In this document: positions 9,565 to 17,080 of the stretch, in pieces | Numbering within the stretch: position 1 is the first letter of the stretch | Layout: each line of letters starts with the position of its first letter | Assembly (NCBI GenBank): GCA_016930775.1 | Contig: JAFGGB010000092.1 | Span: forward strand, 1,474 to 65,473 | DNA: 64,000 nucleotides | Source: Deltaproteobacteria bacterium | GTDB lineage: Bacteria > Desulfobacterota > Syntrophia > Syntrophales > UBA2210 | Reading direction: 5' to 3' | The notes under the pieces: model-generated | Database searches by the model: none | Told to the model about the DNA's origin: nothing | The model's input: the letters and a program-made list of their open reading frames with translations, nothing else | Program-made: the position numbers and the translations under genes

Positions 9565-10347
9565 CTACCTCTTAAGATTGTTTACGATCTGCAACATGTT
9601 GTCGGCCGTCTGGATGGCCTTGGAACTTATCTCGTAAGCCCGCTGCCCCACGATCATCTTCACCATCTCGTCGACAACGTTGACATTGGACATCTCCAGA
9701 AAATGCTGCGAGATGGTCCCCATGCCCTCCTCGCCGGGAGCTCCCGTAACAGCGTCGCCGGAACCATCGGTAATCTCGTAGAGATTTCTGCCCATGGAGG
9801 TGAGTCCCGCGGGATTGAGGAATTTTGCGAATTCCAGTCTGCCGCTGGCAAGCACGGAACCGGTAGTGTCAGTTGCCGTCCAGGTTCCTCCGCTGTCCAT
9901 GGTGAAATGAACGGTTTCCGCAGGCACTGCAATTTCCGGAATGACCTTGAGTCCTTCGGCGTTGCAGAGACTGCCCTCCTTATTGAGCCTGAAGTTGCCC
10001 GACCGGGTGTATACGGTCCTGTCCCCGGCGTTCAACTGGAAGAACCCGTCTCCTTCAATGGCAAAATCAAAGGGATTATCAGTTTTCTGATAGTCGCCCT
10101 GAGAAAACATCTTTTGCACGGCCACGGGCTTCACGCCCATGCCGATCTCGATTCCGATTGGCAACTGATTGCCTCCGGAGGTTTCAGCGCCGGATTTCGA
10201 GTAGATTTGATACATGAGATCCTGAAAATCGGCTCGGGCCTTTTTGAATCCAACGGTATTGATATTGGCAAGGTTGTTCGCCGTTACATCCTGGTTAAGC
10301 TGTTGGGCCTCCATACCTGTCGCCGCTGTCCATAACGCTCGTATCAT
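9565..10347 (-). CDS. flgG: Distal rod protein FlgG
   Basis: MIRALWTAATGMEAQQLNQDVTANNLANINTVGFKK. The start at 10347 is preceded by AAGGAGG. The ORF track extension to 10404 is rejected. Confidence 0.95.
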   Translation of the reverse strand: MIRALWTAATGMEAQQLNQDVTANNLANINTVGFKKARADFQDLMYQIYSKSGAETSGGNQLPIGIEIGMGVKPVAVQKMFSQGDYQKTDNPFDFAIEGDGFFQLNAGDRTVYTRSGNFRLNKEGSLCNAEGLKVIPEIAVPAETVHFTMDSGGTWTATDTTGSVLASGRLEFAKFLNPAGLTSMGRNLYEITDGSGDAVTGAPGEEGMGTISQHFLEMSNVNVVDEMVKMIVGQRAYEISSKAIQTADNMLQIVNNLKR

Positions 10348-10387
10348 CAATTGCCTCCTTGTCGCTTGCTCACAGACGCCGCAAAGA

Positions 10388-11086
10388 TCATTCCAGCCGG
10401 CCAATCCGGCCCGTCGAGAGCTTGTCCTGTTCGGAGATAGTCTGAATGATCTTCTGGTAGGACTCGAAGGACCTCTGTATATTGATCATTTCAATCATCT
10501 CCTTGACGGCCTGTATGTTGGCGCCTTCCAGGTGACCGGCCTTGACCTCCACGTTCTCTATATCTCTGGGTTTCGCCTCGCCCTGTACATCGTAAAAAAG
10601 TCCGGCGCCCTTGGAAAGGAGCTTCTGCGGCGCCTCGAAAAGGACGATCTTAAGGGTGTCAACCTGGTTTCCGTCGACGGCGACGATCCCCTTGTCGTTG
10701 ATTGACGCCTTGTCGCCTTTCACAACGATCCGCCCCGACCCGCCCATAACAAACTCGCCGGACTGCGTCATTAATTCGCCTTCGGAACTGATGGAGAAGC
10801 GACCGTCTCTCGTATAGGCGATTCCCTCCTTCGTCTCGACGGCGAAGAAACCTTCTCCGTTGATGGCGCAGTCGAGAACGTTTCCCGTCTCTGTAATGGG
10901 ACCCTGCGAGTAGTCGATAAAGATCTGGTCCTGCATGGGGGCGTCCGTCGCACTGTCGGCGGCGCTGAAAATCTTTCTGCCCTTGAACCCGGGAGTATCG
11001 ATATTCGCCATATTATTGGCGACAGCGTCAAGACGTTGCATATACCGAAGACTCTCCTGAGCCATTCTGCCGATGCCGTCGACCAT
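10388..11086 (-). CDS. flgF: Proximal rod protein FlgF
   Basis: ...LDAVANNMANIDTPGFKG and a rod-protein C terminus. The ATG at 11086 has a GGAGG SD. The longer ORF (to 11143) would cover the sigma-54 promoter. Confidence 0.9.
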   Translation of the reverse strand: MVDGIGRMAQESLRYMQRLDAVANNMANIDTPGFKGRKIFSAADSATDAPMQDQIFIDYSQGPITETGNVLDCAINGEGFFAVETKEGIAYTRDGRFSISSEGELMTQSGEFVMGGSGRIVVKGDKASINDKGIVAVDGNQVDTLKIVLFEAPQKLLSKGAGLFYDVQGEAKPRDIENVEVKAGHLEGANIQAVKEMIEMINIQRSFESYQKIIQTISEQDKLSTGRIGRLE

Positions 11087-11122
11087 CCTTACCTCCGGAA
11101 CCCTGTTCTTACTGAGAACTCG

Positions 11123-11138
11123 AGCAATATACATGCCA
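11123..11138 (-). promoter_or_regulatory. Sigma-54 promoter (-24/-12) for the flgF-to-fliW operon
   Basis: The minus strand reads TGGCATGTATATTGCT against the consensus TGGCACG-N4-TTGCW. It ends 36 nt upstream of the flgF ATG. Confidence 0.65.
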
Positions 11139-11267
11139 ATCATGTGTACAAAAACCTTCGAGGACAGGCGATTGTCGTCTCCGCCGTGGGCTTTCTACAT
11201 TGAATCGGCTGCGTCGCCGGTTCTTTCGGGGCATGGAAAAGGAGGGACCCGGGGCTGGGAAAATTTT

Positions 11268-11591
11268 TTACGGGGAAATTTTTGCCTGGCGAGAGGCAGG
11301 ATTGTTCCGTTCGCGATAGCGGTCGTTCATGCTATAGAGGAAGGCGAGTATTTCCGCCACGGCGCGGTAGAGCTCAGGCGGTATCTCCTGGTCGATATCG
11401 AGGGCCGCCAGCACTGTCGCTAGAGCCGGGTCTTCGGTGATCGGTATGTTGAAGCGTCGGGCCGTCTCGATGATCTTGTCTGCCACGCATCCACGACCCT
11501 TTGCAGTCAGGCGAGGCGCCCTCTCTCGATCGGGATCGTAGGAAAGGGCGGCTGCTATCCGCAGGGCGGCGGGAGAATGTTTATCGTTCAT
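11268..11591 (-). CDS. FlhB C-terminal-domain-like protein (stand-alone; corresponds to the fragment after the NPTH cleavage site)
   Basis: AAALSYDPDRERAPRLTAKGRGCVADKIIETARRFNIPITEDPALATVL...PPELYRAVAEILAFLY parallels FlhB here ([49 protein letters not shown]...NLYKAVAEVLAYVY). An ATGA start/stop overlap joins it to the upstream ORF. Confidence 0.8.
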   Translation of the reverse strand: MNDKHSPAALRIAAALSYDPDRERAPRLTAKGRGCVADKIIETARRFNIPITEDPALATVLAALDIDQEIPPELYRAVAEILAFLYSMNDRYRERNNPASRQAKISP

Positions 11592-12727
11592 GCAGTGACG
11601 TCCAGGGTTTGACAAGCTTCCCGCAACCGCAGCCCCCCCAGGGGATCTCTGCCGTCCTCCGCCGTCGCTGGTCCTTCACAGAGGATTGCCGTAACGGCCA
11701 GTCCCGCCGCAGGAAGGATGTCGGTAAGTTCGGAAATATGCTCCTCCAAAAACCTACGTCGATCCTCATCGGAGGCATTGATTCGCACGGTTATTCCTCC
11801 CTCTCTCAGGGACGCCGCCACCGTCACTGCGCCGAGAGCGTCCAGGAGCATCGCAATGGTAACGTTTTGCCCTTCTTCCCTCCCGCTCTGCGATCGGCCT
11901 TCGCCCCCGATTGCTACCTCCGCCGATCCATGTCCGCCGGGGAAAAGAAGAGGCATGACAAATCGGCAGCCCTCGCCCCGCTGCTGAAGAAGAGCGTTGA
12001 CGACCTGATTGTCCTCGATGGTCTCCTTCAAGCTCTCCGCCAGAACCAGCAGACGGTTCGCCTCAGGATTCTTATCTGAGCCGCCGTGCGCCGAACGGAG
12101 CAGTTGCATCAGCGAGCCGAGCATGCCCTTCAGCGTGAAGGCTGCCTCGGCGACGGCAGTCCTTCTCCCGAAGAATCGGCCCAGAGCGCCATGAAGGGTC
12201 CGTTCCAGGAAAAACCCCAGGTCCTGCATGTAGCGCCTCAGATAATCCGGACCGCTCGCAGCCCCTCTGTATGTGAGTGAGGACAGGAGATTCTGCAAAC
12301 GAGAGACTGTATCGGGACCAAGTATAGTCGATAGAGACCCCAGTCTTTCCTGAGCGAGCGCCTCTCTGAGTGCGGGGATAAGTTCGCTCATCAGACGGGG
12401 GTTTCCCTCGTAGCGGATCAAATGTTCCGAGAGGAGTCTGCCGGCCGGTTCTTGTTCCGCCAGAAGACGGAGGATGATCGAGGGTTTCACCGATTCGACA
12501 CGGGCGCTGAACCTTTCGCCTGGTGTAAAGATCCTGTCCGTCCGGGCGGCGAGGAGCGCCCCCTTCAGGAGGATGCGCGCGCTTCCCTGCGACGGGCTCT
12601 CCACCGCCTCCGCTTCCACTATTTCACCTACGGCAAGAGGCACGCGATGCAGAGCGTCGGAACGTCTCGTTTCAAAGGAGGGCGCCGAGGTCGACCGGGT
12701 TGGTCCGGAAGAGTGGATTGCGGACAT
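11588..12727 (-). CDS. Hypothetical protein with a FliK-C-terminal-like (Flg_hook-like) region
   Basis: 379 aa. LDALGAVTVAASLREGGITVRINASDEDRRRFLEEHISELTDILPAAGLAV has the same pattern as the bona fide FliK in this window (PKLGAVDCDIIVRMNKVQIFLQVENQAVRQMLHNGVDQLKQALADHGLV). The comparison was made by eye only. Confidence 0.5.
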   Translation of the reverse strand: MSAIHSSGPTRSTSAPSFETRRSDALHRVPLAVGEIVEAEAVESPSQGSARILLKGALLAARTDRIFTPGERFSARVESVKPSIILRLLAEQEPAGRLLSEHLIRYEGNPRLMSELIPALREALAQERLGSLSTILGPDTVSRLQNLLSSLTYRGAASGPDYLRRYMQDLGFFLERTLHGALGRFFGRRTAVAEAAFTLKGMLGSLMQLLRSAHGGSDKNPEANRLLVLAESLKETIEDNQVVNALLQQRGEGCRFVMPLLFPGGHGSAEVAIGGEGRSQSGREEGQNVTIAMLLDALGAVTVAASLREGGITVRINASDEDRRRFLEEHISELTDILPAAGLAVTAILCEGPATAEDGRDPLGGLRLREACQTLDVTA

Positions 12728-12732
12728 GGGAC

Positions 12733-13221
12733 CTATTCGTTCCGCTGCCGCTCAAGATCGGCGATCAGCCGGACTTCTCCTTCGGGAAGACCGGCGAGCC
12801 GGGCCGCTTCGGCAACCGGCATGCCTCTATCGAGCATGATCCGGACCTCGCCGTATCGTTTTTCCCGGTCCCTTTCGCCAAGGTGTGATCTCTGTTCGTT
12901 GCTCCCCTGGAGCGTCTCTCCCTGGCCGAGAAGCTCCCGCAGCGCCCGCTCCCGTTCTTCCAGAAGGCAAACAACTTCTTTCAGCGACTTCCTGGCCTCC
13001 AATATGCCCGAAGAAAATCGGTCGGCCGACTCCGTGGATTCCGCTATGAGCCGTCGCAGTTCCTCCAGTGCTGTTGCGTCTACCGCCGGCGGCCTGGTCT
13101 TCAGATGTTTATTGATTACCCACAGGAGAATTACGACTCCCACGGCGAGAATCACGTCTGCCGTTAGTATCACTGTACTGACAATGCCATCACCGATCAC
13201 TGCAACCCAGCCTTCGCACAA
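12733..13221 (-). CDS. Membrane-anchored coiled-coil protein with a C-terminal HTH-like motif (resembles DUF2802 of flagellar loci)
   Basis: N-terminal TM segment (VILTADVILAVGVVILLWVI), a coiled-coil middle, and C-terminal RYGEVRIMLDRGMPVAEAARLAGLPEGEVRLIADLER. The family assignment is from memory. Confidence 0.45.
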   Translation of the reverse strand: MCEGWVAVIGDGIVSTVILTADVILAVGVVILLWVINKHLKTRPPAVDATALEELRRLIAESTESADRFSSGILEARKSLKEVVCLLEERERALRELLGQGETLQGSNEQRSHLGERDREKRYGEVRIMLDRGMPVAEAARLAGLPEGEVRLIADLERQRNE

Positions 13222-13281
13222 TCGAGCATATGATTACCGAAACATGACGGAGGGCTTCCCCCACTCCAGCGATTCCAACCA

Positions 13282-13602
13282 TTACACCTTGATATCCACC
13301 GCATCCGCGCGGTCGCTTCCCGGAATTTTTTCACGGCCGTCCTCCGAAGCCTTTTTCCCGTCGAGATTCTTCTGTTCCTCCCGGCCGGAGCGGCTGTCTC
13401 TTCGTTCGTACTGGTCTGTAACGGTCTTCCGTTCCGCTTCCCGCGATTGTTGAATTGTCTCTTTGATCCGCTTCTGCTCTCGGATCAGCTGATCTTCGAA
13501 ATACCGCTGCTGGACATCGCCATGTTGCTGCTGCACCTGATGGACCCGTTCGACTGAATTGCTTTGCAGCAGATTGATTTGCAGGTCCACGGGTCGAAAC
13601 AT
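13282..13602 (-). CDS. Hypothetical highly charged Gln/Glu/Arg-rich small protein
   Basis: The ATG at 13602 lies 8 nt after GAGGGGG; the ORF track uses a GTG at 13611. I recognised no motif. Confidence 0.45.
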   Translation of the reverse strand: MFRPVDLQINLLQSNSVERVHQVQQQHGDVQQRYFEDQLIREQKRIKETIQQSREAERKTVTDQYERRDSRSGREEQKNLDGKKASEDGREKIPGSDRADAVDIKV

Positions 13603-13697
13603 AGGTTTCACCCCCTCGTCAGGGCCCCCTGCAAACCTCCGGGAGCCTTATTATTGCATCGACACAGAAACCCAAGAATTATGTCCTCTCTGTCATA

Positions 13698-13725
13698 TCA
13701 TCGTCACAGTTGTTCCAATACTTTA
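13698..13725 (-). promoter_or_regulatory. Candidate sigma-28 promoter
   Basis: The minus strand reads CTAAAG-...-GACGATGA, that is TAAA-N16-GACGATGA (6 of 8 in the -10 element, spacer one longer than consensus). It sits between the kinase-like gene and the next ORF. Confidence 0.35.
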
Positions 13726-13735
13726 GCTCACGGCC

Positions 13736-14527
13736 TCACTGATCCCGCCGGCAGGGAATCTTGAGAGCGATCTTGTTCACGCCGCCGGAATCCTCGACTT
13801 CGATATGGACATTCGATTCTTTCAGGAGGGCAAACGCCCAGGCGAGGATATCGGCATCCTGCCGTTCGGATACTCCATAGGCAGCGACTCCGACAGCCCG
13901 CCGAAGGGCCGTCATGCGTTCATCGGTCCTGATGCAACCGGTGTTTCCGACAACGACGCTGACGGAGTCTCCTTCCAGGGAGGTTGCAACGTCAAGTTGT
14001 TTGATTTCGCTGTCCGCCATCGACAGAATGGCGTGACGGATGACTGCCGACAGTCCCAGAGAATAGACGGCAGGAACGCCGATTATCTCGGGTATGTCAT
14101 GGTCGAGGTTGATCTGTTTGCAGACCTTGTGTTTAAAATCCAGATAGAATTGAAAAAAGGCGATTTCCCGTTCCAGGAATTCCGAAAGATTGATCCCTTT
14201 TTCTCTGTAATCATTTAGCCGTTGGAATTTCTCGGCGACGATAGTGAACTGATCGAAGAGTTGATCGCCGCCTCGAACGATCAGTTCAACATCGGACCGT
14301 ATCTTGGAAAAATCGTCAATGAGTCGGCCGGTCGGGGGAATGGTCTTTTCGAAGGAATCGTCGAGCCGGCGTTGCAACAGACGGGACCGGCCCATGATGC
14401 CGTTCAGCGGATTGGCGAAATTATGAAGAATCCCCGGAACGAGTTCGTCCATGAAAGACCTCTGGAACTCCTCCCGAAGATACTTGATCAGGATGCCTGC
14501 GCCGCCGCCGGACAAGGATTCCATCAT
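13736..14527 (-). CDS. Degenerate histidine-kinase-like protein (H-box kept, ATP-binding boxes eroded)
   Basis: The H-box ILHNFANPLNGIMGRSRLL is intact. The N-box region reads AVIRHAILSM (His where Asn is expected). The G1 region reads VVVGNTGC, not DxGxG. No GxGLG G2 box is present. There is no TM or sensor domain. Confidence 0.6.
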   Translation of the reverse strand: MMESLSGGGAGILIKYLREEFQRSFMDELVPGILHNFANPLNGIMGRSRLLQRRLDDSFEKTIPPTGRLIDDFSKIRSDVELIVRGGDQLFDQFTIVAEKFQRLNDYREKGINLSEFLEREIAFFQFYLDFKHKVCKQINLDHDIPEIIGVPAVYSLGLSAVIRHAILSMADSEIKQLDVATSLEGDSVSVVVGNTGCIRTDERMTALRRAVGVAAYGVSERQDADILAWAFALLKESNVHIEVEDSGGVNKIALKIPCRRDQ

Positions 14528-14554
14528 TGCTTCCTCCTACTGAATGCAAATTTT

Positions 14555-14899
14555 TTACCGGGCGTCTATCACAATATTCTCCAGGATGCGCCAGGCCCGG
14601 TCCAACTCCTCGCGTTGCTTGCGATCCTTGCTCGACGAAGAAAAGGCGTCTTCATTGGAATAAAAAATAACCGACGTACCGTCGGAACGAATTATTTCCC
14701 GCGGGCCGGAAGCTTCCTCGCCGATCATGAGGGCGATAATCTCCTCTGAGACGCCGCCCTGCTTCAAGGCTATGACCTGCTCCGGCGTTAGCGCCGCAGC
14801 GAAGGCGCCAGAGAGAATTGACAAAAACCCGATAATCGCCGCCCATCTCCTGAGCGGTGCGGCTTTCCCGATTCGTCTTTCTGAAAACCTCGCAAACAT
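14555..14899 (-). CDS. Small hypothetical secreted or membrane protein
   Basis: 114 aa with an N-terminal hydrophobic signal-like segment (WAAIIGFLSILSGAFAAA). Tightly packed in the operon. Confidence 0.45.
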   Translation of the reverse strand: MFARFSERRIGKAAPLRRWAAIIGFLSILSGAFAAALTPEQVIALKQGGVSEEIIALMIGEEASGPREIIRSDGTSVIFYSNEDAFSSSSKDRKQREELDRAWRILENIVIDAR

Positions 14900-14924
14900 A
14901 GTTCTTCCTTAACTGTTCATGCTA

Positions 14925-15461
14925 TTAAAATACGACAAACTTGTCAAAATAGACGTTTTTAACGACGGAACCACGGAAGAATCTGTTGATTGCCGCCCGT
15001 ATATCCTTTCGAAGCGCCTCCTTCACACCGACCAGATCCCGCGCCTCTCTGCCGTCTTTTTTTGCCGATTCGTAAATGGCGCTCCGCACGGCCAGACAGT
15101 CGTCGCTCAGACTGATCTCGTCGCAAACCTCCAGGGCGCAGTCAAAATAGATCATCCTGTAAATATTATCGGCCTGTCGCATAAGAACGATGAAATCCCT
15201 GAAAAATTCGAAATGCGCCGCCAAACCTGGCTCTCTGTCGTCGGCGGTCGGCTCGCCTTTGATTTCCCCGGCGAAGAGCGGCGCCGACGAAATGTCTCCA
15301 TAGTAGGAAGGACCGCCGCTCTCCGCGGAAGCGCCGGCGGCGCAGAAAATAAACGCCAGCGCCGCCGCAAGATCGAAGAGCCGGCGCGGAAGCGCTGTTT
15401 TCCTGCCATTCGGGGCGTTACGTTTCACGATACGGGACCTCACTGTTTCTCTTCGCGCCAC
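14925..15461 (-). CDS. FliL-like paralog
   Basis: TM/signal segment, then a C terminus ...DLVGVKEALRKDIRAAINRFFRGSVVKNVYFDKFVVF that parallels FliL here (...IAGFEGKQRLRDEIMVRLNNYMSQGVVKRVYFTEFVIQ). Confidence 0.55.
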   Translation of the reverse strand: MARRETVRSRIVKRNAPNGRKTALPRRLFDLAAALAFIFCAAGASAESGGPSYYGDISSAPLFAGEIKGEPTADDREPGLAAHFEFFRDFIVLMRQADNIYRMIYFDCALEVCDEISLSDDCLAVRSAIYESAKKDGREARDLVGVKEALRKDIRAAINRFFRGSVVKNVYFDKFVVF

Positions 15462-16213
15462 TCCTTAAGACGGCCGCGAAGCCGGACTATGGCCTGAGAA
15501 TGAATCTGGCAGATTCTCGATTCCGTAAGGGACATGATTCTCCCGATTTCCTTCAGTGTCATCTCTTCATAGTAATAGAGGGAAAGAATGACTTTTTCCT
15601 TCTCCGGAAGGCTCTCTATGGACCTTCTGAGTATTTCCCTCTCTTCCCCTGTCGTTATGATGCTCAGAGGATCCTCTCCGTCCCCGCCCGTATCGAAGAT
15701 ATCGCTATCGCGATGCCTATCGCAATACTCGGGAGGCAGATCGTCGCTGCTTAAAATAGACACGCCCTTGGCGTCATCGAGAAGCTTGTAATACTCTTCG
15801 AGAGTGATCCCAAGATAGTCCGCCATCTCCTCTTCGTCGGGCGCTCTGCCCAGCTGTTTCTGGAGATTCAGTGCAGCCATTGACAACTGGGCGTCCTTGT
15901 TCCTCGTCGACCGGGAGAGCACATCGCGGGAGCGCAGTTCGTCGAGAATCGCCCCCCGTATTCTGAACTTAGCGAAGGTCTCGAAGCGTACATTCCTGGT
16001 CTCGTCAAATCGCTCGAGAGCGGACATGAGACCTATAATGCCGACATGGATCAGATCTTCCTTATCAATGTGACGGGGCAGTTTAATGGCTATTCGTTCC
16101 ACAACATTCTTGACGAGAGGTCCATATTTCAGAATCTCCGCGTCTCGTTCCTGCTTTTTCCTATAGCCTTTCGATACAAGATCTGCCGAAGAACTTGATT
16201 GTACCTCTATCAT
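15440..16213 (-). CDS. fliA: Flagellar sigma factor FliA (sigma-28)
   Basis: Sigma-70 family regions 2-4. Contains ...LIHVGIIGLMSALERFD... and LSLYYYEEMTLKEIGRIMSLTESRICQIHSQAIVRLR. Confidence 0.93.
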   Translation of the reverse strand: MIEVQSSSSADLVSKGYRKKQERDAEILKYGPLVKNVVERIAIKLPRHIDKEDLIHVGIIGLMSALERFDETRNVRFETFAKFRIRGAILDELRSRDVLSRSTRNKDAQLSMAALNLQKQLGRAPDEEEMADYLGITLEEYYKLLDDAKGVSILSSDDLPPEYCDRHRDSDIFDTGGDGEDPLSIITTGEEREILRRSIESLPEKEKVILSLYYYEEMTLKEIGRIMSLTESRICQIHSQAIVRLRGRLKEWREEKQ

Positions 16214-17051
16214 AGGTGTCGGGCTCCTCTTTCATCAGCTTATCCACAATGGACTTCAAACTTTGTACGGCCTTCGATTTGGGGTACCCCTGCGCCAGAA
16301 GACATTGACGCTTCACCGTTTCCTGAACACGGGGGTCAAAGGGAATCAAGCCAAGATAATCGATGGACAGATTGAGGAAATGTTCGGTGGCTCTGCTCAA
16401 TCGGCTGAAAACGGCCTTGCTCTCGGCTGCATTCTTGACCATGTTTGTCACGAGCTTGAACCGCTTTGCCCCGTAATTCTTGTAGAGCAGTTTGATCAGG
16501 GCATAGGCGTCGGTGAGCGACGTAGGCTCGGGAGTCACGACGACGACAATCTCCTTGGCAACCATGTTAAAATACATGACGTTTCCCGCAATGCCGGCGG
16601 CCGTATCAATAAAGATAAAATCAAGCGGTTCATCGATGTCCTGCAATTCTTCAAGAAGGGTCAGTTTAGAGCCTCGCGACAGATCAGTCATCTCGGCGAT
16701 CCCCGAGGAAGCCGGCAGGATTCTAATACCGCCGGGACCGGTGACAATGACTTCCGACAATTTCTTTTCTCCCCGCAGAACATGATACAGATTGAACTCC
16801 GGCGTAATGCCCAGAATAACATCTATATTCGCGAGACCAGCATCGGCATCGACAAGAAGCGTCCGTTTCCCCTTCAGTGCAGTTATGTAGGCAAAATTTG
16901 CGGCTATATTGGTTTTTCCAACTCCTCCCTTGCCGCTGGTCACAGCTATGACGCGCACTCCTTCGTTCCTTTCCCGCGAAGGAATTTCACTCGGTTTCGA
17001 GGTTCCTCCTTCTTCCTCCATTATCGATCGAAGCATCTCAGCCTGGTCCAC
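16161..17051 (-). CDS. flhG: MinD/ParA-type flagellar number regulator FlhG (FleN/YlxH)
   Basis: Deviant Walker A VIAVTSGKGGVGKTNIAANFA. Position between flhF and fliA. Confidence 0.9.
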   Translation of the reverse strand: MDQAEMLRSIMEEEGGTSKPSEIPSRERNEGVRVIAVTSGKGGVGKTNIAANFAYITALKGKRTLLVDADAGLANIDVILGITPEFNLYHVLRGEKKLSEVIVTGPGGIRILPASSGIAEMTDLSRGSKLTLLEELQDIDEPLDFIFIDTAAGIAGNVMYFNMVAKEIVVVVTPEPTSLTDAYALIKLLYKNYGAKRFKLVTNMVKNAAESKAVFSRLSRATEHFLNLSIDYLGLIPFDPRVQETVKRQCLLAQGYPKSKAVQSLKSIVDKLMKEEPDTYDRGTIKFFGRSCIERL

Positions 17052-17080
17052 GAAAACACCTCTTCACTCTTTAAGCAACC

